Shown one piece after another: positions 18,194 through 26,403 of a DNA stretch of 64,000 nt. Both the position numbers and the translations under genes were made by a program. Every line of letters starts with the position of its first letter. Positions within the stretch are counted from its first letter, which is position 1. The notes under the pieces were generated by a model. It was not told where the DNA came from. It worked only from the letters and a program-made list of their open reading frames with translations, and did not search any database. Source of the DNA: Patescibacteria group bacterium (GTDB taxonomy: Bacteria > Patescibacteriota > Minisyncoccia > Phycocordibacterales > UBA2100); contig JAKFXQ010000001.1 of assembly GCA_021731295.1 (NCBI GenBank), positions 1,636-65,635 on the forward strand, given 5' to 3'.

Positions 18194-18265
18194 TCCCCGG
18201 TAGCTCAATGGTTGAGCACCTCGCTGTTAACGAGGGGGCTGTAGGTTCGAGTCCTACCCGGGGAG
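18194..18265 (+). tRNA. tRNA-Asn(GTT)
   Basis: Acceptor TCCCCGG/CCGGGGA, anticodon arm CCTCG-CTGTTAA-CGAGG, T-loop GGTTCGAGTCC. Confidence 0.94.
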
Positions 18266-18279
18266 CAGATTAATCTTGT

Positions 18280-18315
18280 GGAACTGACCCGGTCCCGTCA
18301 GGCGGGGTCAGTTCC
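18280..18315. terminator. Hairpin between tRNA-Asn and the convergent HTH operon
   Basis: GGAACTGACCC/GGGTCAGTTCC 11-bp stem. Confidence 0.55.
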
Positions 18316-18329
18316 GGAACACAAAAGAC

Positions 18330-18920
18330 TTAGAAGGGTTTGTTGACTAGCAGTGTGTGAATCATCGGCGCGAGTTGCGTGATGAGCTGCGCAAAACCCT
18401 GAACATCGGCAAGACCTTGTATCGTTTTCCACGCCGCGCTAATAATGTTGCGGTTGGGCTTTGTTTTTCCAATCTGACTTGCGAGAGCCTCAACGTCTGA
18501 TTTGTAGTCGCTCTTTGCCTCGGGCGTGAGCCTCGTCGTTTTCTCAATTTTCTCAAAAAGCTCCGATAAAGAAGCATCGAGATTCACGACCGATTGGTTG
18601 ACGGTCGACCGATCGCCGAAAGAAAGGTTATGAATCGGTGAATTGGTGATGTTGAGGGTCCTCTTATCGATCTTCACGTTCTTTGTGCTGTTGACCTGCG
18701 TTATCGTCTGGACAGAAGCTAGAGACCGTCGATCTTCAGGGTCGAGTTTTGGCATGATGGAAGTGCCATGGCTCTCTGCGTACAGTTGTGCTGCCGCGTT
18801 TGGTGTTAGCCCGCTATGCTTTCGACGAAGTTCTGAGAGGCGCGGCCTGATTTTCTCCGGCGTCTTCCCGGTACGTTCCTTCAATATCCGCAAAATGTCA
18901 GAATTGAGCTTGTCGGCCAT
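18330..18920 (-). CDS. Hypothetical two-domain protein, last gene of the HTH operon
   Basis: N-terminal basic helical domain (LSELRRKHSGLTPNAAAQLYA...LDPEDRRSL), N/T/S-rich linker, C-terminal helical bundle. Confidence 0.8.
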   Translation of the reverse strand: MADKLNSDILRILKERTGKTPEKIRPRLSELRRKHSGLTPNAAAQLYAESHGTSIMPKLDPEDRRSLASVQTITQVNSTKNVKIDKRTLNITNSPIHNLSFGDRSTVNQSVVNLDASLSELFEKIEKTTRLTPEAKSDYKSDVEALASQIGKTKPNRNIISAAWKTIQGLADVQGFAQLITQLAPMIHTLLVNKPF

Positions 18921-18922
18921 GG

Positions 18923-19093
18923 TTATTTCTTGCCTTTCTTCGGGGAAAGGATACGGCTCACAATTGCAGGATCGACCCCTAACACATCTGCAATACGTCT
19001 ACCCTGCACCCCTTGATGATTCAGTCCGAGGACGAGAAGACGCTTAATCTGCTCAAGAAGCTCCACCTGTCCTTGTTCGTTCATTTTTGCCAT
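18923..19093 (-). CDS. Small HTH protein D (56 aa), not in the ORF track
   Basis: MAKMNEQGQVELLEQIKRLLVLGLNHQGVQGRRIADVLGVDPAIVSRILSPKKGKK, translated by hand; 2-3 nt gaps to its neighbours. Confidence 0.8.
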   Translation of the reverse strand: MAKMNEQGQVELLEQIKRLLVLGLNHQGVQGRRIADVLGVDPAIVSRILSPKKGKK

Positions 19094-19096
19094 ATA

Positions 19097-19276
19097 TTAT
19101 TGTGGTTTTTTAGTGCCTTTTAGAAAGGCGTTTACCATTGCGGTATTCATCTTCACTTTCTTTCCGATCTCTGCCTGTGGCACGCCGAGCTTAAAAAGCT
19201 CCAGGATGAGGAGTTTTTTAAGAAGACCTACGTCTCCTTCCTGGGCGTCACCTGTGGATTTAGTATTCTTCGCCAT
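19097..19276 (-). CDS. Small HTH protein C (59 aa), not in the ORF track
   Basis: MAKNTKSTGDAQEGDVGLLKKLLILELFKLGVPQAEIGKKVKMNTAMVNAFLKGTKKPQ, translated by hand. Confidence 0.8.
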   Translation of the reverse strand: MAKNTKSTGDAQEGDVGLLKKLLILELFKLGVPQAEIGKKVKMNTAMVNAFLKGTKKPQ

Positions 19277-19278
19277 AA

Positions 19279-19485
19279 TTATTTTTTCTTACTTTTAATG
19301 CGACTTTTTAAAACCGAGACCGTGCCCGGCGTAGCGCCGAGTATCTCGGCTATCTCTCCCGTTGAAAGTCCAAGGCGAGAAAGGCGTGCCACACCGTCCT
19401 GCACACTCTCGTCACCTTTTAACTGCAACGCGATGAGTGCGCTTAACTTTCGGGATATTTCTTTCAGTAGTTCGGTTTCGTTCAT
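19279..19485 (-). CDS. Small HTH protein B (68 aa)
   Basis: LSRLGLSTGEIAEILGATPGTVSV helix-turn-helix pattern. Confidence 0.82.
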   Translation of the reverse strand: MNETELLKEISRKLSALIALQLKGDESVQDGVARLSRLGLSTGEIAEILGATPGTVSVLKSRIKSKKK

Positions 19486-19488
19486 ACC

Positions 19489-19722
19489 TTACTTTTTGGC
19501 AGCGCGTCTTATAGCAACCAGTTCTTTATTAATATGGCCTGAGGTCTTGCCAACAATCGCCGCAATCTCAACCGGGCGCACACCAAGACCGTCAAGAATC
19601 GCGATTTGCTCCTTAAGAGGAAGACCCGCGGTGTCCCGTGACACTGAACGCAGGAGAAGAGCTATTACCACTTCCATTTTTTTGTTAAGCTCGACGAGCT
19701 GTTCAAATTCTGATGTAGTCAT
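19489..19722 (-). CDS. Small HTH protein A (77 aa)
   Basis: LDGLGVRPVEIAAIVGKTSGHINKEL helix-turn-helix pattern. Confidence 0.82.
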   Translation of the reverse strand: MTTSEFEQLVELNKKMEVVIALLLRSVSRDTAGLPLKEQIAILDGLGVRPVEIAAIVGKTSGHINKELVAIRRAAKK

Positions 19723-19752
19723 AATGAGTAAGTATGTTAACTGTACTATCCC

Positions 19753-19780
19753 ATTATCCTATCTGAATCAGGCCTGTCAA
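19753..19780 (-). promoter_or_regulatory. Putative promoter of the HTH operon
   Basis: TTGACA (19780-19775), 16-nt spacer, GATAAT (19758-19753) on the minus strand. Confidence 0.5.
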
Positions 19781-20057
19781 GCAGTTTTGTTAAGATACCA
19801 GGGCTCAAAGTGACCTGTCCCCGTCCAAAATACCTTAACAAAGTCGCCAAAGAACCCTTGTGGTGCTTGGAGACCCAAAGTTGACGACCTGTGTGGGGAG
19901 CCAACGCCGGAACGACCGCACACATGTGCGGTCGTTCTGCGTTAGCGCTCCCTTTCGGCAGGACTCGAACTCCGAAGATATGTCTGCCGATTTCGCTCGA
20001 CACGGACATCACATTTTGGCACTATCGAATCTGCGAAGCGCTAGCGGAGGTATCGAC

Positions 20058-20276
20058 ATGCGAATCGTTGCCATAGAGAGCAGTGCACTTTGGACTGGTG
20101 CTATCCAGGAAAGAATCTATCTGGATGTTCCAGAGGTGATGGACCTTCAGAAAGAAGAGGACAGCTGGTTCGCCGCGGGCGGCGGAACACCACGAGACTT
20201 CGCGAATTTCTTAATCGCGAAGGGCGCGCAAGAGTTCACGACTATTGAGACTTGGAACATCAACTACCAGTCGTGA
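20058..20276 (+). CDS. Hypothetical small protein (72 aa)
   Basis: SD GGAGGT 7 nt before ATG; terminator at 20300-20331. Confidence 0.65.
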   Translation: MRIVAIESSALWTGAIQERIYLDVPEVMDLQKEEDSWFAAGGGTPRDFANFLIAKGAQEFTTIETWNINYQS

Positions 20277-20299
20277 CGCTTCTGCCGGCAGGACACAAT

Positions 20300-20331
20300 G
20301 GGCCGCCCCGTCTGGGGCGGCTCTGTTTTTT
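20300..20331 (+). terminator. Intrinsic terminator
   Basis: GGGCCGCCCC/GGGGCGGCTC stem followed by TGTTTTTT. Confidence 0.7.
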
Positions 20332-20361
20332 GGGCCGCGGCACGAGGTGTACACTAACCCC

Positions 20362-20700
20362 ATGTGGATGAGTACTCGCCCGCTTCTGCTCGGCACTGCC
20401 TTCGCACTCCCCTTTTTCATTGCAAACGTGCTGGTCGCGATGCACTCACCCCTTTTCCTTTCCCTCATACGCCCGTCGGGAGAAAGCTCGGGGGGCGAAC
20501 AGATTCTCGTACTCGTACTCATCGCACTCGTCGGCATTGGTGGATTGTTTGCACTCTTGCCCCTGGTGAGCGAACGGAAGTTCTACACAGTGAATGCATT
20601 GGTAGGCATAACGATGATTCTTTTCGCAATCTTCGCTGGCTACGGACTCGGTGAAGATGTCTACCACTGCAACATCCTGCAAATCCCAAATTGTGATTGA
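20362..20700 (+). CDS. Hypothetical membrane protein
   Basis: Three hydrophobic segments, C-terminal C...IPNCD; ATG 6 nt after TACACT. Confidence 0.7.
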   Translation: MWMSTRPLLLGTAFALPFFIANVLVAMHSPLFLSLIRPSGESSGGEQILVLVLIALVGIGGLFALLPLVSERKFYTVNALVGITMILFAIFAGYGLGEDVYHCNILQIPNCD

Positions 20701-20726
20701 ACCATCGGACGGCGAAAATAAGACGC

Positions 20727-21254
20727 ATGTCATCTAAGGCACTCGGTCTCAAGCGTGGGTCTGTACAACTGCATCCGTATGCAAAGCAATGGGCCGCGGA
20801 GTTTGAGCGTGAAAGGAACCGGCTGCTCACCAAGCTTGGCAATCTCGTCGTGGATATACAGCATATCGGCAGTACATCGGTCCCGGGTCTTTCTGCAAAA
20901 CCCATTCTCGATATTTCTGCAGGGGTGAGGCGATTTAAGGATGCAAGCAAACTCACGAGCTCGTTGCGCGAACTGGGCTATAGTTTTGATCGCTCGTTCC
21001 AGCACCAACTTTTTTTTGCAAAAGGCCCTGATGCAAACCGTACTCACTATCTGCACGTCATGCGGTACAAGGGTGCGAAATGGTGCAGTGATGCATTATT
21101 TCGCAACTACCTAATACAGCATCCTCGTCGAGCGAAGGAGTACGCCCAACTGAAAACACGTCTCGCCAAACAATTTCCGCACGAGAGACAAAAGTACACA
21201 GACGGAAAGAATGCATTTATTAAAGAAACGATTCGGATGGCGAGAGGTACATAA
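20727..21254 (+). CDS. GrpB/UPF0157 family nucleotidyltransferase-fold protein
   Basis: IQHIGSTSVPGLSAKPILDI, RTHYLHV, FRNYL, YTDGKNAFI. Confidence 0.9.
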   Translation: MSSKALGLKRGSVQLHPYAKQWAAEFERERNRLLTKLGNLVVDIQHIGSTSVPGLSAKPILDISAGVRRFKDASKLTSSLRELGYSFDRSFQHQLFFAKGPDANRTHYLHVMRYKGAKWCSDALFRNYLIQHPRRAKEYAQLKTRLAKQFPHERQKYTDGKNAFIKETIRMARGT

Positions 21255-21293
21255 CGCTGACGTTCTGTGCCGCCCAAGATATACTGCCCCTGC

Positions 21294-21896
21294 ATGACAA
21301 TACTTCTCACCTCACTGTTCAATGCCGTCGGCGACAAAGTCGCGAGTTACATACCTGAACACGCGACGGTCGCGTTCATTCCTACAGCGGCGGATGTCTA
21401 TGACACGAAACCTTGGATGGAAGCTGACCGCCTCAAGCTTCAGGAACTTGGGCTAGCAGTCGAGGACTACGATATCAAAAATAAAACGAGCGAGTTGATA
21501 TACGCTGAACTTCGCGAGAAAGCTGTCATCTTTGTTTCCGGTGGTAACTCGTTTTACCTTCTGAAGCACGCACGAGCGAGTGGTTTTGATACGGCAGTAA
21601 AGAAACTCGTAGCAGAAGGAAAAATCTATATAGGCTCCAGCGCTGGCTCAATTCTGCTGGGACCCACCATCGAGCCCGTCATGGCGCTTGATAATTCAGA
21701 ACAGGCGGGAACACTGGATTCATACGTTGGTCTCGGTATCGTCGATTTTGTCGTGCTTCCCCATTATGGGAAGGAGAAATATGCACAGCGATACGAGGCG
21801 ATTATTCGGGAGTGGTCCGACAAGGTGTCGCTCAAACCTCTTTCGGATTCTCAATTCATCGTGGTGGACCAGAACGGTTCGCATCTCGTCAGTTAG
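21294..21896 (+). CDS. Peptidase E (S51) family
   Basis: FIPTAA, VSGGNSFYLL, YIGSSAGS, VLPHY. Confidence 0.9.
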   Translation: MTILLTSLFNAVGDKVASYIPEHATVAFIPTAADVYDTKPWMEADRLKLQELGLAVEDYDIKNKTSELIYAELREKAVIFVSGGNSFYLLKHARASGFDTAVKKLVAEGKIYIGSSAGSILLGPTIEPVMALDNSEQAGTLDSYVGLGIVDFVVLPHYGKEKYAQRYEAIIREWSDKVSLKPLSDSQFIVVDQNGSHLVS

Positions 21897-21980
21897 CGAC
21901 GTGGCTCCCGCGCGCTCTTCTCGAATAAGTGACATGGTATAACGCGATGGGGCGAGTATCTTCAGAGCGAAGAGGACGAA

Positions 21981-22196
21981 ATGACCGATACGCACACGCA
22001 CCGATGGAAGTACAAGATGGGACAAGGGCGATGGTATCGATGTACCGACCGACACTGTCGTCAGTATGGAGATGCGTACGTGCCAGGACACAAAGGTAAG
22101 ATTGTCGCTGTCTTCTGTCGGCAACCTGACTGCGACCAGCCTGCGACGGTACTTTCCGGCACGGGTGTCTGGTGTGAACGACACGGAGGCTCTTGA
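21981..22196 (+). CDS. Small Cys/His-rich hypothetical protein
   Basis: HxW...CxxxxC...CxxxxC...WCxxH; TGGTATAAC promoter, SD GAGGA, terminator at 22225-22257. Confidence 0.6.
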   Translation: MTDTHTHRWKYKMGQGRWYRCTDRHCRQYGDAYVPGHKGKIVAVFCRQPDCDQPATVLSGTGVWCERHGGS

Positions 22197-22224
22197 ACTG
22201 CGCCCATCGAATCCAACAAAGGAT

Positions 22225-22257
22225 ACCCGCCCGGCACTGACGTCGGGCGGGTCTTTT
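22225..22257 (+). terminator. Intrinsic terminator
   Basis: ACCCGCCCG/CGGGCGGGT stem followed by CTTTT. Confidence 0.65.
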
Positions 22258-22373
22258 AGTGACGACTCTTGACGTGGCGTCTCCTCTACGGCACAGGCTA
22301 GTAATTGCGTACCATCCGTGTAAGCATGCGGGCCGTCTCTCGTCTGCAGAGACATACCAACACGAACAACTTC

Positions 22374-23801
22374 ATGCGAACTATACCAACCTCGATTACA
22401 AAACGTTCCGCAATTTTAGCAATAGGACTCGTTCTCGTAAGCGGGCTCTTTCTCTATACCCGACCCGTCGCGGCGGAAACGACATCGACGGACGCTCAGG
22501 GGCAGATTGCGTTACTACAGAAACTCATCAAGACACTGCAAGAACGGCTCGCTGTGCTACTTAACGGAAGTGCGGCGGAAAACAAGAGTGGTCACGACCA
22601 CGCCCTTCATGTGGGCCACACAGTCGGCACGACCGATACGCTTAAAGTGCGTGGCAATCCCAGCGTTAGCGGGGACTTACTCGCCGTGCTCAAACCGAAC
22701 ACTCGGGGTTCCGTTGTAGATGGGCCGAAAAGCGCGGATGGCTACGTGTGGTGGAAAATTGCGTATCCGTCTGTAACCGGATGGAGCGCGGCAAATTGGT
22801 TAAAGGCAGATGAACATGCCGAAGAACCAGGTACTGTCGCGGCGGATGATGGGCCCGATAACGATACCCCGAAACACGAACATAAAGATGAAGACACGGG
22901 CGATGCGCCGCCAGGTACTGTGTGGATTGGAGAGAACGCGAGCCAGAACGCACGCACCTTGCCCAATTCAAAGACAGTCGCGACATCCGCACCCTTCATA
23001 GAACTTTTCACTGGCAACACCGGCAAAGTCAATTTCCGCTTTGGTGTCTTCCATGCCGGCGTGGGCTTCCAAGAGCTCGGCTATCCGGCGCGCATTTGGG
23101 GCGATGGCAACGCACAAAACGGCCACGGCGGTCATTGGACTGCAGACCATGACATGAATTGCGGCACACCGGCAACACAGCGCCCGCTCTCTTCCTCTGC
23201 AAGTGACTTCAACATCGATGAGATATTTTTCCTCTGCAAAGACCACATCATGAGTTCGATGGGCGATGTCGATGGATATTCCATCGCATGGTTCTCGCCT
23301 AAGAACTCGTTCAGTCGTGCGACGCACAAGACGGTGTCGTGGGACGTGAATGTGACAGATCTCTTCGGTCGCCAGTGGTGGGAAGTGGCTATTGTGCCGA
23401 AAGGCGGTCACGTCGTCGCCACCATTGAATGGAATTCGCGTGGCGACCTCCTCCCCTACGACAACGCTTCGGTCATCATCGGAAACGGTCCGTTCGGCGG
23501 CGGGGTGAACATGATTACCAAGGGCGAGAATCATTACGAGGACTGGCGACCAATCTGTGATGGCGATTTCGCGCTCGACCCTGTTGGCTGCAAAGACAAA
23601 ATGATTCGCCGTCCGTTCTCAGTAATCGACAACGGGAATGGCACGCTCACCGTCAATTACGCCGGACTCTACACACAAACTATTCCCGGGAAATTCCCCG
23701 AGGAGTTCGATATTTATTTCACTGACCACAATTACACCCCAGACAAAGACGGCAAGCCTGTGGGACACACGTGGCACTGGGATTCAATACGTGTTGAGTA
23801 A
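22374..23801 (+). CDS. Secreted protein with an SH3b domain and a large unknown beta-rich C-terminal domain
   Basis: Signal peptide, short coiled coil, LKVRGNPS...DGPKSADGYVWWKI...GWSAANWL (SH3b). Confidence 0.8.
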   Translation: MRTIPTSITKRSAILAIGLVLVSGLFLYTRPVAAETTSTDAQGQIALLQKLIKTLQERLAVLLNGSAAENKSGHDHALHVGHTVGTTDTLKVRGNPSVSGDLLAVLKPNTRGSVVDGPKSADGYVWWKIAYPSVTGWSAANWLKADEHAEEPGTVAADDGPDNDTPKHEHKDEDTGDAPPGTVWIGENASQNARTLPNSKTVATSAPFIELFTGNTGKVNFRFGVFHAGVGFQELGYPARIWGDGNAQNGHGGHWTADHDMNCGTPATQRPLSSSASDFNIDEIFFLCKDHIMSSMGDVDGYSIAWFSPKNSFSRATHKTVSWDVNVTDLFGRQWWEVAIVPKGGHVVATIEWNSRGDLLPYDNASVIIGNGPFGGGVNMITKGENHYEDWRPICDGDFALDPVGCKDKMIRRPFSVIDNGNGTLTVNYAGLYTQTIPGKFPEEFDIYFTDHNYTPDKDGKPVGHTWHWDSIRVE

Positions 23802-23850
23802 TACCGTTGCGTCCGAAAATACGCAGTTACGCAACGTTATTTGTCGACGC

Positions 23851-24876
23851 CTACCAATTCTTCTGATCGATAATGGTGTATCGCTTTCTCCCCTCTTTGC
23901 CCTCGGACACTAGAATATTTTGAGAGGCGAAATCGGTCATACCATAGAGTCCTGCCGCGGCGAGGGCCTCTTGAAGCGCTTTCACAGACCCTGCTTCGAG
24001 GTCGGGAATATGCTTCGTCTTGTCGGGGACATAGAGTTCATGGCGAACTATCGGTTTCTCCAAATACTTCCGTGCAGTAGCGATGAGCTCCGCGTGTTCT
24101 TTTGGGTCGAAATATTCGGGTGCCATCATCCGCGCTATCACGTCGTTCGCCCAATTGACGGAATTTTTATCTTGACGCCTGACGACGCTTAGCGGCGTGC
24201 CCGTGACTCGTTGCATGAGGAGCCATTCGTGGTACTTCTTTACGCCTTCCTCTGTCTGCGTGGGCACTCGAATCAATGCATACATCGCACACGGTGCGAT
24301 GATGTTGCGCAAATCTTCCGGAGCGTTAAGCGAGCGCAGGTATAGTTCTCGCATGTGGAGATACTGCTTGTCCAACTGCTCTGCAGAGTCCTCATAATCG
24401 AACTTTCCCGTGCCCGTGCCTTTGATGGCCGCCGGTACCCCCATGAGCCCTCCCAATTCTTTACTGACTTGGTTCACCGTGCGAGCGCGGCGCGCTTGTG
24501 CAACATGCTTTGCGGGATCGAGTGAACGCTCGCCAAATGCGTCGGCTTTTAGACTTTCAATGTCCGCTTCAAACGCAGAGCGAATCGCTTTCCATCCGAC
24601 GGAACGCATATGCCGGTGCAGTTCGTTGGACAGGTATATTTCTATGCCGGGATTTCCCTTCGCATCCATCGCGACATAGCGTAGGTACTGCAAACGATCG
24701 TTTGCGAGCGTAATGAGCGTGGAACGCTCGCTGTCAGAAAACGCATCCGGTACACTACTGCCCCGCGTTGAGCGCAAAATTCGTTCTCCATTATTGAGCG
24801 GGAGGTTCTCCGGTATCTCTGGAGACGGGTGGGCCACGCGTTCGTTCATGGTACTTGAAATAGTATCACTCCCCAT
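23851..24876 (-). CDS. Hypothetical protein with degenerate protein-kinase-like motifs
   Basis: AAIK, WLLMQRVTG, DFASQNILV, TIIDQ in kinase order. Confidence 0.6.
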   Translation of the reverse strand: MGSDTISSTMNERVAHPSPEIPENLPLNNGERILRSTRGSSVPDAFSDSERSTLITLANDRLQYLRYVAMDAKGNPGIEIYLSNELHRHMRSVGWKAIRSAFEADIESLKADAFGERSLDPAKHVAQARRARTVNQVSKELGGLMGVPAAIKGTGTGKFDYEDSAEQLDKQYLHMRELYLRSLNAPEDLRNIIAPCAMYALIRVPTQTEEGVKKYHEWLLMQRVTGTPLSVVRRQDKNSVNWANDVIARMMAPEYFDPKEHAELIATARKYLEKPIVRHELYVPDKTKHIPDLEAGSVKALQEALAAAGLYGMTDFASQNILVSEGKEGRKRYTIIDQKNW

Positions 24877-24911
24877 TCATCTACGGTGACACGCGGGCGT
24901 TTTACGGACAC

Positions 24912-25280
24912 TTACGCACGCAGTATCTTCTCCATCACTCTCCCCTTCGCGAGTTCGTCAATGAGTTTGTCTAGGTAGCGCATCTCGCGCATGACGGGGT
25001 CTTTGATGTCTTCCACACGAACGCCGCACACAACACCCGTGATGAGTTTCCGCGCAGGATTTAAGCGCGGTGCCTTGGCGAAGAACGTCTCAAAGTCCGC
25101 GCCCTTCTTAATCTGTGCCTCTATTCCCTTCTGTGTGTAGCCGGTGAGCCAACGGATGACCTCGTCTACTTCTTTCTTCGTACGCCCCTTCTTTTCAGCC
25201 TTCGCGACGTACAGTGGATAGACTTTGCCGAACACAATCGCGTAGACACGGCGCAGTGTCGCCTCATTGGGTTCTTTCAT
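24912..25280 (-). CDS. DUF2200 family protein
   Basis: [29 protein letters not shown]...[13 protein letters not shown]...[13 protein letters not shown]. Confidence 0.9.
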   Translation of the reverse strand: MKEPNEATLRRVYAIVFGKVYPLYVAKAEKKGRTKKEVDEVIRWLTGYTQKGIEAQIKKGADFETFFAKAPRLNPARKLITGVVCGVRVEDIKDPVMREMRYLDKLIDELAKGRVMEKILRA

Positions 25281-25365
25281 GCGGCCATCCTAACACAAGC
25301 ACCCATGGCACGGTGCTACACTATCGCTATAGGATTCTTAATTGGATTCTGCGAGTCCTCAACGT

Positions 25366-25845
25366 ATGAACGCGAAGTACATCATTGGCGGCATTGTATT
25401 CGTTGCCGTATCTGGTTTCGCGTATTACGCAATCTCGCCACTGTTTAGGAACGTGACCATAGACGAAGCGGCACCGGAGCCTGCAGAGCGGAGCTCGTCG
25501 GTGAACGGTGCAGAATCTTCCGTAGCTCTCGCTCCCGTCGTTGGCACGATAGGACATCCAGCTTCGGGAACTGCGCGCATTATTGAAACGGATGATGGTT
25601 CGTACGTTCGCTATGAAAACTTTGAGACGATAAATGGGCCTGATTTATACGTGTATCTTGCTAAAGACAAAGACGCGCGCGAGTTCGTGAACCTTGGGCT
25701 TATCAAAGCGACGCAAGGCAACATTAACTATGCCGTGCCCGATGGCATTGAGGTGCATGACTATCGGTACGTGCTCGTATGGTGTAAAGCATTCGGTGTT
25801 TTGTTTAACCATGCGGACTTGCACGCCTCACAGAACACGCAGTAA
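25366..25845 (+). CDS. DM13 domain protein
   Basis: NGPDLYVYL, GNINYAVP, VLVWCKAFGVLF; N-terminal TM. Confidence 0.88.
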   Translation: MNAKYIIGGIVFVAVSGFAYYAISPLFRNVTIDEAAPEPAERSSSVNGAESSVALAPVVGTIGHPASGTARIIETDDGSYVRYENFETINGPDLYVYLAKDKDAREFVNLGLIKATQGNINYAVPDGIEVHDYRYVLVWCKAFGVLFNHADLHASQNTQ

Positions 25846-25945
25846 ATCGAGTGCACGCGCAGCCATGGCAAGCGCGACCAGACTTTACGTGCTAGGGTGC
25901 GGTTAGCGGGAAGAGTGGTTCTTCCCCTGACTAGGAGGTACGACC

Positions 25946-26287
25946 TTGAAAACGACAATCTCGCTTTCTATCGGCCAAGGCATCACGTCAGCACTCGCCG
26001 TCGCCGCGGTCACTTTCGGTGGCATGTGGCTCGGCCTCGGCTGGATGAGCCCCAGCGCTCACAAAGCCGCCGTAACCAAGGCAGTTGACGCCGCACTGGT
26101 TCCCGTCTGCGCGGAGCGCTTCATCGCCAAGCCTGGCGCTCTCGAAGCGTTCACAAAGACGCAGAGCTACAATCGTCAGGGCGTTCTCAATGAACACCTG
26201 CCGGCAGTTGGCGCCGCGTCAATGGGCTGGACCTTCAAGAACGAATGCATCGAAGCGATAGCCAAGCTGCAGACCGCCGCGAAGTAG
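25946..26287 (+). CDS. Hypothetical membrane-anchored protein
   Basis: SD AGGAGG before a TTG start; TM followed by ALVPVCAERF...C. Confidence 0.7.
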   Translation: MKTTISLSIGQGITSALAVAAVTFGGMWLGLGWMSPSAHKAAVTKAVDAALVPVCAERFIAKPGALEAFTKTQSYNRQGVLNEHLPAVGAASMGWTFKNECIEAIAKLQTAAK

Positions 26288-26403
26288 AAGCTCTGGCGTC
26301 GGGTCCCCTTCACCTCCCTGTGCCCGGAAAGTCATTCGTGATTTCCCGGGCATCAGTCTTGCCTCAAACTAGTCACTCTCCAGAATTCTGTAATAATGAC
26401 GTC

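Noticed and set aside
19957-19970. GTTCGAGTCCT on the minus strand matching the tRNA-Asn T arm, as a possible attachment site for the HTH island
   Set aside because: Only 11 nt, and inverted relative to the tRNA, whereas att sites are direct repeats; no integrase is present in the window.
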